Shown piece after piece: positions 39,900 to 49,835 of a DNA stretch of 64,000 nt. The notes under the pieces were generated by a model. The model ran no database searches and was not told the DNA's origin. It worked only from the letters and a program-made list of their open reading frames with translations. The translations under genes and the position numbers were made by a program. Within the stretch, counting starts at the first letter, position 1, and each line of letters begins with the position of its first letter. The DNA is from Nitrosopumilus sp. (GTDB taxonomy: Archaea; Thermoproteota; Nitrososphaeria; Nitrososphaerales; Nitrosopumilaceae), in the NCBI GenBank assembly GCA_965218785.1, contig OZ244650.1, forward strand, positions 576,001 to 640,000, written 5' to 3'.

Positions 39900-40435
39900 T
39901 ATTCAGATTTCGCCTCTTTTTTATCTGGGGTTTCGTCTGCTTTATCCTTTACATCCCCTGCTGGTTTTTCTTCTACAACAGCTTTATCCTTTACATCCCC
40001 TGCTGGTTTTTCTTCTGCAGCAGCGGCATCCCCTGCTGGTTTTTCTTCTACAACAGCTTTATCCTTTACATCCCCTGCTGGTTTTTCTTCTGCAGCAGCG
40101 GCATCCCCTGCTGGTTTTTCTGCAGCCGCAGCGGCCTCTTCTGCAAGTTTAGCTTTGGTTTTTTCCAGTCTTGAGAAGATTGTTGGATCAACGTGTTTTT
40201 TTGCCAACACTTCATCATCATAAACATAGAAAGTACCTGTAATCGTAGGTCTTCCTACATGGGTTTTTAATCCCATTGGAATTACAACCTTGCCATCTAG
40301 TTTGAATTCCTTGGTAATCATATCTACTGCTTCCATCTTTTTGAGCCTGCCTCCCAATCCTGCAAAATTACAAGTTAGCTCCCTTCTAGACAGAAAAGTG
40401 TTATCAACATCTGTAATTGTCTCAATAATGGACAT
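39899..40435 (-). CDS. rps24e: 30S ribosomal protein S24e with a repetitive acidic C-terminal extension
   Basis: NTFLSRREL and [13 protein letters not shown]; upstream of S27ae; start at ATG 40435. Confidence 0.9.
   Translation of the reverse strand: MSIIETITDVDNTFLSRRELTCNFAGLGGRLKKMEAVDMITKEFKLDGKVVIPMGLKTHVGRPTITGTFYVYDDEVLAKKHVDPTIFSRLEKTKAKLAEEAAAAAEKPAGDAAAAEEKPAGDVKDKAVVEEKPAGDAAAAEEKPAGDVKDKAVVEEKPAGDVKDKADETPDKKEAKSE
39938..40125 (-). repeat. Coding repeat EEKPAGD(AAAA|VKDKAVV), alternating 33/42-bp units
   Basis: catcccctgctggtttttc occurs five times. Confidence 0.9.
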
Positions 40436-40505
40436 ATGTATCCCAAATCCTTTGGGCATTTTATATAAACCTTGATTGAAATTAGCGAAGAAATTTAAGA
40501 AATCC

Positions 40506-41081
40506 ATGTCAAATAACTCCATGGAAAGATACCTGCTTCATTTTAAAAATGAGGGACATGTCCCCAAACACTGCAGAGAACTGGCGTACAAGGCAAGGGA
40601 TCTTGCATCTGGGATGAATATATCAATAAGACTTGCCAGGGTGGCCACCAAATTTATCGAATTTGACGTGGCCTCTAAAAAAGAGGATCTGGATTTACTT
40701 GTTCAAAAACTGTCCCCGATTGGAACCATTGATAACGTCAGACATGTCTTTGAAGAGCATATAGAGAAAGAACAAGGAATCACTGACGGGATATTCTACT
40801 TTAACAATGAACGATTTTGGGAATGTCATGAGGCATTTGAAGGTGTCTGGCTCCAGTGTTATGGACGAGAAAAAGAACTGGTTCAGGGCATTATTCTAGT
40901 TGCAGTTGCGTTTGCCCATAAACAAGAAAATGAAGAAAGCATCGGTATTGGAATGCTGAGCCGGGCTTTAGAAAAATTAGGAACCTCCCCTACCGTATAT
41001 CACTCCATCGATGTTGATAGAATAAGGAAAAAATCCGTTCAAATGCAACAGGCAAACAAGTTGACTAGATTTGAGATTTAA
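40506..41081 (+). CDS. DUF309-domain protein
   Basis: FNNERFWECHEAFEGVW and QGIILVAVA motifs. Confidence 0.88.
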   Translation: MSNNSMERYLLHFKNEGHVPKHCRELAYKARDLASGMNISIRLARVATKFIEFDVASKKEDLDLLVQKLSPIGTIDNVRHVFEEHIEKEQGITDGIFYFNNERFWECHEAFEGVWLQCYGREKELVQGIILVAVAFAHKQENEESIGIGMLSRALEKLGTSPTVYHSIDVDRIRKKSVQMQQANKLTRFEI

Positions 41082-42351
41082 TCAGTTCTAAAGACTTTGA
41101 AACCACTTCTGCTCCCTGAAGCAAACCGATACTTCCCTTCTTGGCCTGCTGCTCCGTCATTCTTGTCGTACCATCGTTTTTAATAAAATTCGCCGAAACC
41201 AAAACCGGAACGGGATCATCACTGTGTCCCTTGTTGATGCAGGGCGTGGAATGGTCAGCTGATATGATGATTGCAACTTTGCTTGAATCAATATTCTCGA
41301 CAAGCGTCTTGAAGAACCGCTGATCAATCTCCTCTATGTTTTTCATTTTGCCAACTGCGTCCCCGTCATGACCAAATTCATCTGGTCCCTTGAGGTGTAC
41401 ATATATCGCATTTTGTGTCTGCATGGCCTTTGCAGCCATCCTTGCCTTTTCCTCATAATCTGTTAATCCTCCGGCTTCAAATGCCTTCATTTCTAGAACT
41501 TTTGAAATGCCAATCTCAACGGGCATGTCTACTATGCACGAAAAATTCATTGCGTATTTTTCATTAATTGGAACGACATCCGGATATTTGTTGCCTGCAT
41601 CCCTTAGCAGAATACAGCTGAGCTGTTTTTTGTTTTGCCCCTTCCGTTTTTTGTTGATTTCTGCCTCCTTCATAATGCCGATTGCCTGCTCTGAAAACTC
41701 ATTTACCAGACTTGCGGTAAGTTTTGAATCCTTGGTCTCCTCTAAGGGCAGACATTTTTCGATCCTTAGATAATCCCCGACGGCTTTTGCCACCCCCATG
41801 CCACCAATGTTGCTATATGCCGGATCAGTATTGGTGATTTTTGATGATAATTTTTTAGAGTCTGTTCTAATCCTGACTGTCACCCTGTGTCCGATTGTTG
41901 GGGAGACTACCACCGTCGTATCCGGATGTGAAAATTTGATTTTTTCTTCAATTTCTTTTGCCACCCCGACTGCGTCTTCCTTTTCAATATGCCTGCCTGC
42001 CCTTCTGTCTGTAATCACGCCTTTCTCATCAAGTGTGGAATAGTTTCCCCGTAAAGCCAAATCACCATCTTTAAAATCGATTCCAATTCCTATGGCCTCA
42101 ATAACACCGCGTCCGGCATAATCCATATAGTTGAACTTGTATCCCAACATGTTAAAAACGGCAATGTCTGATTCTGGTGCTATCCCCTTCCCAACTGAAA
42201 TTACTTCCCCGATTACCCCATTACTTGCAATTTTATCCAAAATCGGAGTCCTTGCAGCCTCTAATGGCGTTCTTCCATCCAAATCAGGATGTGGCAGATC
42301 CCCAACACCGTCCAAAAGCACGTAAACCATGTGAATACCTGAATTATCCAA
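41065..42351 (-). CDS. apgM: Cofactor-independent phosphoglycerate mutase
   Basis: LDGVGD, TPLEAA, PESD, GPDEFGHDG, SADHSTP motifs. Confidence 0.95.
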   Translation of the reverse strand: MDNSGIHMVYVLLDGVGDLPHPDLDGRTPLEAARTPILDKIASNGVIGEVISVGKGIAPESDIAVFNMLGYKFNYMDYAGRGVIEAIGIGIDFKDGDLALRGNYSTLDEKGVITDRRAGRHIEKEDAVGVAKEIEEKIKFSHPDTTVVVSPTIGHRVTVRIRTDSKKLSSKITNTDPAYSNIGGMGVAKAVGDYLRIEKCLPLEETKDSKLTASLVNEFSEQAIGIMKEAEINKKRKGQNKKQLSCILLRDAGNKYPDVVPINEKYAMNFSCIVDMPVEIGISKVLEMKAFEAGGLTDYEEKARMAAKAMQTQNAIYVHLKGPDEFGHDGDAVGKMKNIEEIDQRFFKTLVENIDSSKVAIIISADHSTPCINKGHSDDPVPVLVSANFIKNDGTTRMTEQQAKKGSIGLLQGAEVVSKSLELIKSQI

Positions 42352-42505
42352 AATATCCCTGCTTATCTAAGATCACATACTTTGTTTTAAAGCTATCAAA
42401 ACATGGTTATGTCGGGCTATCGAGACCTAGAAAATCAGATTGAATTATTCAAAATATGAATTCTAATAATAGATAATTTAAATACAAATTTTATAAACAG
42501 CCCAT

Positions 42506-43801
42506 GTGAGATTAGAAAAAGTTTTTGGAGTAATTAATGATGATCTATCAACATATGTATCAAGGCAAGAAATAGATGACTGCTTTAAGAAAGCGTTTGA
42601 GCAAAAAAGGCAACTTGTAGTATATGGCTCATCTAAACAAGGAAAGACCACACTTCTAAATGCCCATATAGCGCAGGAAAATAAAATTACAGTTCAATGT
42701 TCTCCAACAATAACTTTACACGATATTTATAAAACCATTCTTAAAAAATTACAGATTACAATTCAATCTAGTAGTTCAATTGAAAATGAAGACAGTACCA
42801 AAACTAAGTTTAATTTTAAAGTAAAAATTCCCATGTTAGCTGAAGCGGGAATAGAAGTTGAAAAATCATCAGGTGAACGAGAAACAAATTCCGAATTATA
42901 GATGGATATTGACAGTGCACAAGATGTGGCAGAAATACTGAAAAAATATTTTCCTGAAAAAATCGTCATACTTGAAAATTTTCATTATTTAGAAGAGAAG
43001 GAACAAAAATTATTTGCTTTTGATTTAAGAACATTTCAAGATATTGATGTGCGAGTAATAATTTTAGGAATTTGGAGAGAAAGAAACAGATTAACTCAGT
43101 ATAATGGAGATTTACAAGACAGAATAATTGAATTACCTGTAGAACCTTGGACGGGAGAGCATTTACAAGAAATAATCAAGTTGGGTGAAAAATCTCTCAA
43201 TATAGATATGAGTGACATTAGGAATGATCTGATTAAAGAATCATTTGGTAATGTTGGAATGTTACAAGAATTATGTAAAGAATGTTGTTATGATGCACAC
43301 ATAATTGAAACTGAAGATCTAAGGAAATTAACAAATGATAATTTACAAAATGCTATTGCTAAAATTACTAATTCGTATGCAAGTAGATTCCACAGAGCAC
43401 TTGAAACATTTGCAGATGCTAAACCAAGACAATCTCCAGATGGAAGTCAAGGGTTAGGAATGCCATATTTTTTTGTACGTGTTGTTCTTTCAAATTCCGA
43501 TGCACGACAAATTAAAAATGGATTATCTGTGTACGATTTGAGAAAAGCAATTAAAAAAATCCATCCAAATCACGATAATAGAAGATTTGATAGTGCTCTT
43601 ACTATTTTTCTCAATAGAATAAACATATATCAAAAAAATCACGGCATTACTCCCTCAATTTTTGACTATGATACCAATTTACGACAATTAAATATTGTTG
43701 ATCCTAATTTCTTCTTTTTTGTTAGACATTATAATCATGATGAATTTTTAGAGGGTTTAAAACTACCACTTGGATATGCAAAAAAAACTCCAAGTTCATA
43801 A
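42506..43801 (+). pseudogene. AT-rich P-loop ATPase interrupted by one in-frame TAG (42899-42901)
   Basis: Walker A GSSKQGKT in the first part, Walker B-like IVILENFH in the second; same frame, ...GAA TTA TAG ATG GAT... Confidence 0.8.
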
Positions 43802-43811
43802 ATCTCAGAAT

Positions 43812-44589
43812 TTTCAGGAATTTCAGGAATTTCAGGAATTTCAGGAATTTGAGGAATTTCAGGAATTTCAGGAATTTCAGGAATTTGAGGAATTTCAGGA
43901 ATTTCAGGAAGGTTTGAGGAATTTGAGGAATTTCAGGAATTTGAGGAATTTCAGGAATTTCAGGAATTTCAGGAATTTCAGGAATTTCAGGAATTTCAGG
44001 AATTTCAGGAATTTCAGGAATTTGAGGAATTTCAGGAATTTCAGGAATTTCAGGAGGAATTTCAGGAATTTGAGGAATTTCAGAAATTTCAGGAATTTCA
44101 GGAATTTCAGGAATTTCAGGAATTTCAGGAATTTCAGGAATTTCAGGAATTTCAGGAATTTCAGGAATTTCAGGAAGCTTTGAGGAATTTCAGGAATTTC
44201 AGGAAGGAATTTCAGGAATTTCAGGAATTTCAGGAATTTCAGGAATTTGAGGAATTTCAGGAATTTGAGGAATTTCAGGAATTTCAGGAATTTCAGGAAT
44301 TTCAGGAATTTCAGGAATTTCAGGGAGCTTTGAATTTCAGGAATTTCAGGAAGGTTTGAGGAATTTCAGGAATTTCAGGAATTTCAGGAATTTGAGGAAT
44401 TTCAGGAAAGTTTCAGGAATTTCAGGAATTTGAGGAATTTCAGGAATTTGAGGAATTTGAGGAATTTGAGGAATTTGAGGAATTTGAGGAATTTCAGGAA
44501 TTTCAGGAGAAAGTTTCAGGAATTTCAGGAATTTGAGGAATTTCAGGAATTTGAGGAATTTGAGGAATTTGAGGAATTTGAGGAATTTT
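43812..44589. repeat. 9-bp tandem array TTT(C/G)AGGAA, roughly 80-85 units
   Basis: Read directly; two main variants plus short interruptions (GG, GC, AG, AGG, GGAA). Confidence 0.98.
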
Positions 44590-44683
44590 AGAGCTGACAC
44601 CTCTAAATGAGAGCACATTTTGCATGTTTTTAGTCACGCACTTATTTATTTCTCATACCCCATGTGATAAGAATTCTTCAAGA

Positions 44684-44768
44684 GGGTCTGTTGCAAATTG
44701 GTGATATATGCATGAACTCCAATCTTGATAAGATCCTGATTTCATGTCTCGATCATTAGACAGAACCC
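44684..44768. mobile_element. Possible IS5-family-like end or MITE remnant
   Basis: GGGTCTGTTGCAAA at the left end and an imperfect inverted ACAGAACCC at the right; no transposase. Confidence 0.3.
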
Positions 44769-44930
44769 AAAACATGCGATCAAAAAAAACCCAAGACTCG
44801 TTGTTTTATTTTTCCAAAACATAATTTTTTGATGGGAACATCCCAACCTGTTAAACCCGTGGATTTTTTTTATCTGGGTTTTAATCATGACTTAGCAAAC
44901 ATTTTAAAACACATATTTTAGATAACAATC

Positions 44931-45947
44931 ATGGGAGATATGCGCAAGGATTACGTATCTGAGCGCTTTATGATAATTTCAAAAAAAGATGACAAAGTCC
45001 CCGACCCAAAAAAATTCCCATACGCACCTGGAAATGAAGCCATGACAAATCCCTCCGTTTTGTCCCTTGTTGCAAAGGATGGAATGCTGCAGCGGCTTCA
45101 GGACAATGAGGATGAATATGTGAAAGGATGGTCAATTAGGGTTTTTGAAAGCAAAAATCCCATAGTATCAATAGAGACTGAAAATTCCTACAGTGATCGG
45201 CCTTTTTATAGCGAACCGGCATATGGATACCATTACATCGTGGTTGCAACCCCCAACAAAACAGACACGTTTGCAACAATTGATGCTGAACAATGGTCAA
45301 ATGTCCTTGTAGTCGTTCAGGACAGATTAAGATGGCTTTACACCCAAAAAGGCGTTACATACGTCTCCATTTATGCTGACCACGGCGAGCTGGCAGGCAA
45401 TGAAAATCCACATCCACACCTTCACATTCTTACATTTTCTACAATCCCGCCAATAATTGAAAACGAGGCAGAGGCCTCCCACAAGATTCTAAATGAAAAA
45501 GGTGTATGTCCCATGTGTCAGATAGTGCATGAAGAGACTGCAGGCAAGCGGGAGATACTTCAGACAGAGGGATTTATCGCGTTTTGTCCGTGGTCCCCCT
45601 CCCATCCTTACGAATTCTGGATTTCCCCCAAAAAACACACTACAAGTTTCTCAAAAATCACTCAAAAAGAGATTAACAATCTATCTCTGATTCTAAGATC
45701 CACCTTGGGCGGTCTTTCTAACACCATCAAAAACGTCTCATATAACTTGGTATTTCATCTCTCTCCTGAAAAGAAAAACAGCAGGCAAATTCACTGGCAC
45801 ATTGAAGTCTATCCAATCACCAAGGCATGGTCTGGATTAGAACGTGGATATGGAATCTTCCTAAATGACGTGTCTCCTGAGCAGGCCGCCGAAAAACTTG
45901 GAGTTGCCTGCCGAAAGGAGATGGCAAATCTTGTCGGCATTGTCTGA
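44931..45947 (+). CDS. GalT-like nucleotidyltransferase (HIT superfamily)
   Basis: MRKDYV, PGNE, HPHLH, CPMC, HWHIEVYP, GLERG motifs. Confidence 0.88.
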   Translation: MGDMRKDYVSERFMIISKKDDKVPDPKKFPYAPGNEAMTNPSVLSLVAKDGMLQRLQDNEDEYVKGWSIRVFESKNPIVSIETENSYSDRPFYSEPAYGYHYIVVATPNKTDTFATIDAEQWSNVLVVVQDRLRWLYTQKGVTYVSIYADHGELAGNENPHPHLHILTFSTIPPIIENEAEASHKILNEKGVCPMCQIVHEETAGKREILQTEGFIAFCPWSPSHPYEFWISPKKHTTSFSKITQKEINNLSLILRSTLGGLSNTIKNVSYNLVFHLSPEKKNSRQIHWHIEVYPITKAWSGLERGYGIFLNDVSPEQAAEKLGVACRKEMANLVGIV

Positions 45948-45988
45948 TTTTTTGAATGGTTTATTTATCAACTAAAACTGCTAGAATC

Positions 45989-46429
45989 ATGGCAATTGAG
46001 AAATGGCTTGCAATTACCAGTGTTGCACTATTTGCAATGTTTGCAGGAGAAATGATCTCAGTTTATAATTTCATGATCGATCCTCCGGAGGAATTCACAT
46101 TCCTGGGATCCTTTTCAGCGGATCCAAAAATACTTCAATTCATCTCAATTGGCATCGCACCTGCCGGAATCCTGGCAGCCGTTGCCTTTATCATGTCTAG
46201 ACAGTATGGCTCAAAACCAATCGGCGCGATGATCATCGTTGGTGGAATAATCCTGTTGGCAGGAATGCTTGTCTGTTATTTACTGCTAGAGAAAATTAAT
46301 CCGATATATCTTACAGATGTTGTTTTGCTTGCACCATTTTTGTTTATGGCACTCACCATTCCCGTAGTTATAGTCGGCGCATGCTTGCTCAAAGAGAAAA
46401 AGAAACGCCCCAGAAAGGAATTTTTTTAG
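45989..46429 (+). CDS. Membrane protein (4 predicted TM segments)
   Basis: Four hydrophobic segments and a basic C-terminus. Confidence 0.75.
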   Translation: MAIEKWLAITSVALFAMFAGEMISVYNFMIDPPEEFTFLGSFSADPKILQFISIGIAPAGILAAVAFIMSRQYGSKPIGAMIIVGGIILLAGMLVCYLLLEKINPIYLTDVVLLAPFLFMALTIPVVIVGACLLKEKKKRPRKEFF

Positions 46430-46869
46430 ACATAGTCATATCTTAGCTCGCTTGCAACATGTCTAAAGCCGAGTTTTTCATAAAATGATTTTACATCATC
46501 CGTACAATCCAAAATTGTCTTGTAACAGCCGCGTTTTTTTGCGATTTCAAGAAGATGGTTCATAATCTTCTCTCCTATCTTCCGTCCCTGAAATTCCGCA
46601 TCCACCACAACGTCTTCAATATGGCCTACCAGTCCGCCGCTATGGATGAATTTCTGTTCAATTATTAGTGTCGCGGCCCCTACTATCCTTCCGTCTGATT
46701 CGGCGACTGCTATGATATGATCCTGGTCTGCGTTAATTTTCTCAAAAATTTCATCTGCCCTGCCCTTGTCAATATGACTTGTCTGTCTTAATGAATCCAG
46801 CGTTCTCAAGAAACCGTTTTGGAGATCCCCGCTTTTTAATTCCCTGATAACTGGCTCGCTCATTTTCAT
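46426..46869 (-). CDS. GNAT acetyltransferase, glucosamine-6-phosphate N-acetyltransferase-like
   Basis: IEQKFIH, GHIEDVVV, GCYKTILDC, FYEKLGF motifs. Confidence 0.9.
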   Translation of the reverse strand: MKMSEPVIRELKSGDLQNGFLRTLDSLRQTSHIDKGRADEIFEKINADQDHIIAVAESDGRIVGAATLIIEQKFIHSGGLVGHIEDVVVDAEFQGRKIGEKIMNHLLEIAKKRGCYKTILDCTDDVKSFYEKLGFRHVASELRYDYV

Positions 46870-46871
46870 CC

Positions 46872-47573
46872 TCAGATTTTTCCAAGCTTTTGAATATAGC
46901 GTTGATGTGCCTTTTCGTAGGATGATTTGTCACCAATATCTGTAAATCCGTTCCTTGTTCTAAAACTGCTGATCAGTTTTTTTCTGTTCATTGCCTTTCT
47001 GATAAGATCATCCATCCCATATGGCCGATTCTTTGGAATATAGCTCAGGACCTTGGGTTCCATGACGTAACATCCCATGTTTACATCAGCCTTAATCTCT
47101 GGTTTTTCATTCCAACTCTGAACTTTTCCTGTTTTTAAAGTCTCAATTACGCCATATGGCAGGTTGGTTTTATACTCGTTAAGACTAATTGTGACAAATG
47201 CCTTTTTCTTCCGGTGCTGTTTTATCATGTTTCTAAGGCTAAAATCAAAGACAGAATCCCCATACATGCACACAAAAGTATCATCTATGAAATTCTCCGC
47301 GGTTTTGAGCTGGCCTGCAGTAGCTAGCGGCCTGTTTGAAACTGCATATTCAATATCCACCCCGAAACTCTTTCCGTCTTCAAAATAGTCTTCGATTGTT
47401 TTTTTAAGATAACTGACACACAAAACAACTGATTTTACACCATTTTTTTTGGTCCAATCAATTAGATGCTCTAGTATCGGCTTTTCACCTAGTGGCAGCA
47501 TCGGTTTTGGGATAAATGACGTGTATGGTAAAAGCCTTGTACCTAGTCCCCCGGCAAGAATCACTGCTTTCAC
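46872..47573 (-). CDS. Sugar-phosphate nucleotidyltransferase
   Basis: ILAGGLGTRL and PKPML motifs. Confidence 0.93.
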   Translation of the reverse strand: MKAVILAGGLGTRLLPYTSFIPKPMLPLGEKPILEHLIDWTKKNGVKSVVLCVSYLKKTIEDYFEDGKSFGVDIEYAVSNRPLATAGQLKTAENFIDDTFVCMYGDSVFDFSLRNMIKQHRKKKAFVTISLNEYKTNLPYGVIETLKTGKVQSWNEKPEIKADVNMGCYVMEPKVLSYIPKNRPYGMDDLIRKAMNRKKLISSFRTRNGFTDIGDKSSYEKAHQRYIQKLGKI

Positions 47574-47622
47574 AAACCCTGTTTGCTTGATGACTATTTA
47601 TGTAAGTATGTATTGGGCGGGA

Positions 47623-48918
47623 TTAAATAACCTTCAAAATCTTTTTCACTATGCTGTCCGGGGTTTTTCCAAAAACTATGATCATCGGTTCTTTCCCGAA
47701 ATCCCCCTTGTGAAACACGATGTCAGGTGCCTTGTTTAAATTTCTAATCGAGTTTTTAATTCCCCATTCTATGGTGGAATGCCCTACCTTTACATTTTTG
47801 GGCTCTTGACTCCTATCATAACTAGAAAAGGTCATTTTTGATTTTTTGATTTTTGATATGGTGACATCCTGGTATTTGAGATTTATTGCCGAGCATACCT
47901 GCGGAAATTTTTTATTGACTGCAAGCAGTGCTGTTGCAACATGTTTTGAGCCACCGTATCTCAGGTCGCCTGCAACAATGACGTCTCTTCCGGATTTTAC
48001 AATTCTTCCTGCGATGCCCAGAACATCCCCTGTCGTTTCTGGTTTTTGTCTGGAACTTACAAAATTTGTCTGGCATTCTGGAATATTTTTATAGATATTT
48101 TTAATCCCTACAAATTCATTGATTGCCTCTGATAATTCTGACTTTATGCTGTCCTGCCCAGTGCTGGTTATGGCGATTCCCCTTCCGAGCATCTTTGCAT
48201 TTTTTATTGAATCATAGGCGAATTGCTTTGCAAATTTCACCGATTCCTGCATGCTGTCCCCCTTTACAAATGCAAAAAGCATGGCTGCAGAGTAGTTGCA
48301 TCCGCTCCCATGGTTGATTTTGGAAATTTTATCCCCTGAAACAACGTATTGCTTTTCTCTCTCCAATACAAAATCCGATATCTGGTTGTCTTTTCCATCA
48401 ATTCCGGTGATTACCACATTTTGTGCCCCCATCTTTTGAATTATTTTTGCAACTTTTTTGGGTGAATTTTTTGCATCGATTCTGGTTTTTGAGAGGATTT
48501 CTGCCTCAAATCTGTTTGGTGTAATTATCGTGGCAAGAGGAATGATTAATTTTTGAAAATCCTTGATGGCAGAGTCTTTAATTAATAATCCTCCCGTGGT
48601 TGATTTTATTACCGGATCAACTACTATGGGAATTTTTAATTTTTCTAGTTTTTGATGTACTGTTTGGATGGTTTTTGAATCATACACCATTCCAATTTTT
48701 ATTCCGTCAATCTTAAAATCCGACATTACCGAGTTTAACTGGCTTTTTAGAGCATTACGTGAGACTGGTTCGCTTGTATCAAATTTTGTGGTGTTTTGAC
48801 TGGTAATTGCGGTAATTACTGTCAAACAATGCGCGTCTAGCAAAGAAAACGCCCTGATGTCACTTTGAATGCCAGCTCCTGATGAAGGATCCGATCCCCC
48901 GATAGAAAGTAAATTCAC
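47623..48918 (-). CDS. thiDN: HMP/HMP-P kinase fused to thiamine-phosphate synthase ThiN
   Basis: GSDPSSGAGIQSD, HGSGC; C-terminal IPECQTN, GGSKHVA, GDFGKEPM. Confidence 0.94.
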   Translation of the reverse strand: MNLLSIGGSDPSSGAGIQSDIRAFSLLDAHCLTVITAITSQNTTKFDTSEPVSRNALKSQLNSVMSDFKIDGIKIGMVYDSKTIQTVHQKLEKLKIPIVVDPVIKSTTGGLLIKDSAIKDFQKLIIPLATIITPNRFEAEILSKTRIDAKNSPKKVAKIIQKMGAQNVVITGIDGKDNQISDFVLEREKQYVVSGDKISKINHGSGCNYSAAMLFAFVKGDSMQESVKFAKQFAYDSIKNAKMLGRGIAITSTGQDSIKSELSEAINEFVGIKNIYKNIPECQTNFVSSRQKPETTGDVLGIAGRIVKSGRDVIVAGDLRYGGSKHVATALLAVNKKFPQVCSAINLKYQDVTISKIKKSKMTFSSYDRSQEPKNVKVGHSTIEWGIKNSIRNLNKAPDIVFHKGDFGKEPMIIVFGKTPDSIVKKILKVI

Positions 48919-49050
48919 ACCGTCTTGCAGTTCTTTGCATTAATCTATTTTTCCTTTAATCCCAAATCTTGATTCGATGGTCTGTGATAGCTGTTTATAG
49001 TTGATCGATTCTGTTTTATCTGATTGACTAAAATTCCTTTAATTGATGAC

Positions 49051-49215
49051 ATGCCTCTCGAGGAATTACGGTGTACGACCTGTTTGCTGCCTATGCAGTA
49101 CCAGACAAAAAAAGACGGCAAATTCCTGTGGCAGTGCTTCAAATGCGGAAAACGTTACCTTGTTTCAAACAATGACGATGATCATGTTGAAGAGAGTTGG
49201 AGTCCCCCTAGGTGA
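49051..49215 (+). CDS. Small Zn-ribbon protein (possibly a fragment)
   Basis: CTTC-x17-CFKC. Confidence 0.5.
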   Translation: MPLEELRCTTCLLPMQYQTKKDGKFLWQCFKCGKRYLVSNNDDDHVEESWSPPR

Positions 49216-49348
49216 TGGTATCTCTGAAATAGAATACTATAATCCAAAAATCAAAAACTGAGATTGTGTTACACTGTACCATCCGTGTTTACCCGTTTTC
49301 ATCTGGGATCAACGTCTATACTATATACCACGTACACTACAATATACT

Positions 49349-49585
49349 GTGAGTGGAATATCTAGTATCAGGGTATCTAAAGAATCCAAACAACGTTGGG
49401 AAAACTACAAGATTTATCCCAAAGAAAGCATGGAAGATTTGATAAATCGTGTTTTCGCACTAGCTTATGAGACAAAAGAGCCATTTGATGAGGCTGATTT
49501 GACTGATATTGAAAAATCTCTTGATGATTTTAGAAACAACAGGTATCAGAGCACTGATCAGCTTCTCAAAGAGCTAAAATCTTGA
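49349..49585 (+). CDS. RHH-type antitoxin (archaeal RelB-like)
   Basis: SSIRVSKESKQR..ESMEDLINR N-terminus and acidic tail DIEKSLDDFRNNRY; overlaps the relE remnant. Confidence 0.75.
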   Translation: MSGISSIRVSKESKQRWENYKIYPKESMEDLINRVFALAYETKEPFDEADLTDIEKSLDDFRNNRYQSTDQLLKELKS

Positions 49586-49800
49586 GCTGGAATTCTGTGG
49601 TCTGATACTGCCATCAAACAACTAGAAATTCACAAAACAAGATCAGAATGCTGGCAAAAACAAAAGATGTAGAATCTGATCCGTTTGGATGTATTTCAAA
49701 ACTTTGAGTAACCATGATGCCTGTTCAGTTGCAGAAGAGATAATACACCCGTCTGAATCATCGAAAAAAATCACGTCAGTTCTACGAGTTTTGGATTTTG
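49582..49800 (+). pseudogene. Decayed RelE/ParE-family toxin
   Basis: TTG overlapping the antitoxin stop; fragments in shifting frames: MSW / ILWSDTAIKQLE / KIRMLAKTKDVESDPF / YFKTL. Confidence 0.65.
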
Positions 49801-49835
49801 TTAATACTTGCCCTCCTTACGCAAAACCCGTGATT

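Noticed and set aside
42899-42901. Pyrrolysine recoding of the TAG
   Set aside because: No pyl genes are visible, and TAG is used as a normal stop by many genes in this window
43812-44589. CRISPR array
   Set aside because: 9-bp units with no unique spacers, and no cas genes in the window
43812-44589. Telomere, or mimic of eukaryotic transcription-factor sites (TTTCAGG, GGAATTTC)
   Set aside because: The array is internal and flanked by archaeal genes; the resemblance of such short words may be chance; no reverse transcriptase is in the window
43770-44618. ORFs encoding poly-FQE/FRN and poly-FLK/PEI
   Set aside because: They are open only because a 9-mer lacks stops in those frames; starts are weak and interruptions switch frames, so they were not called as CDS
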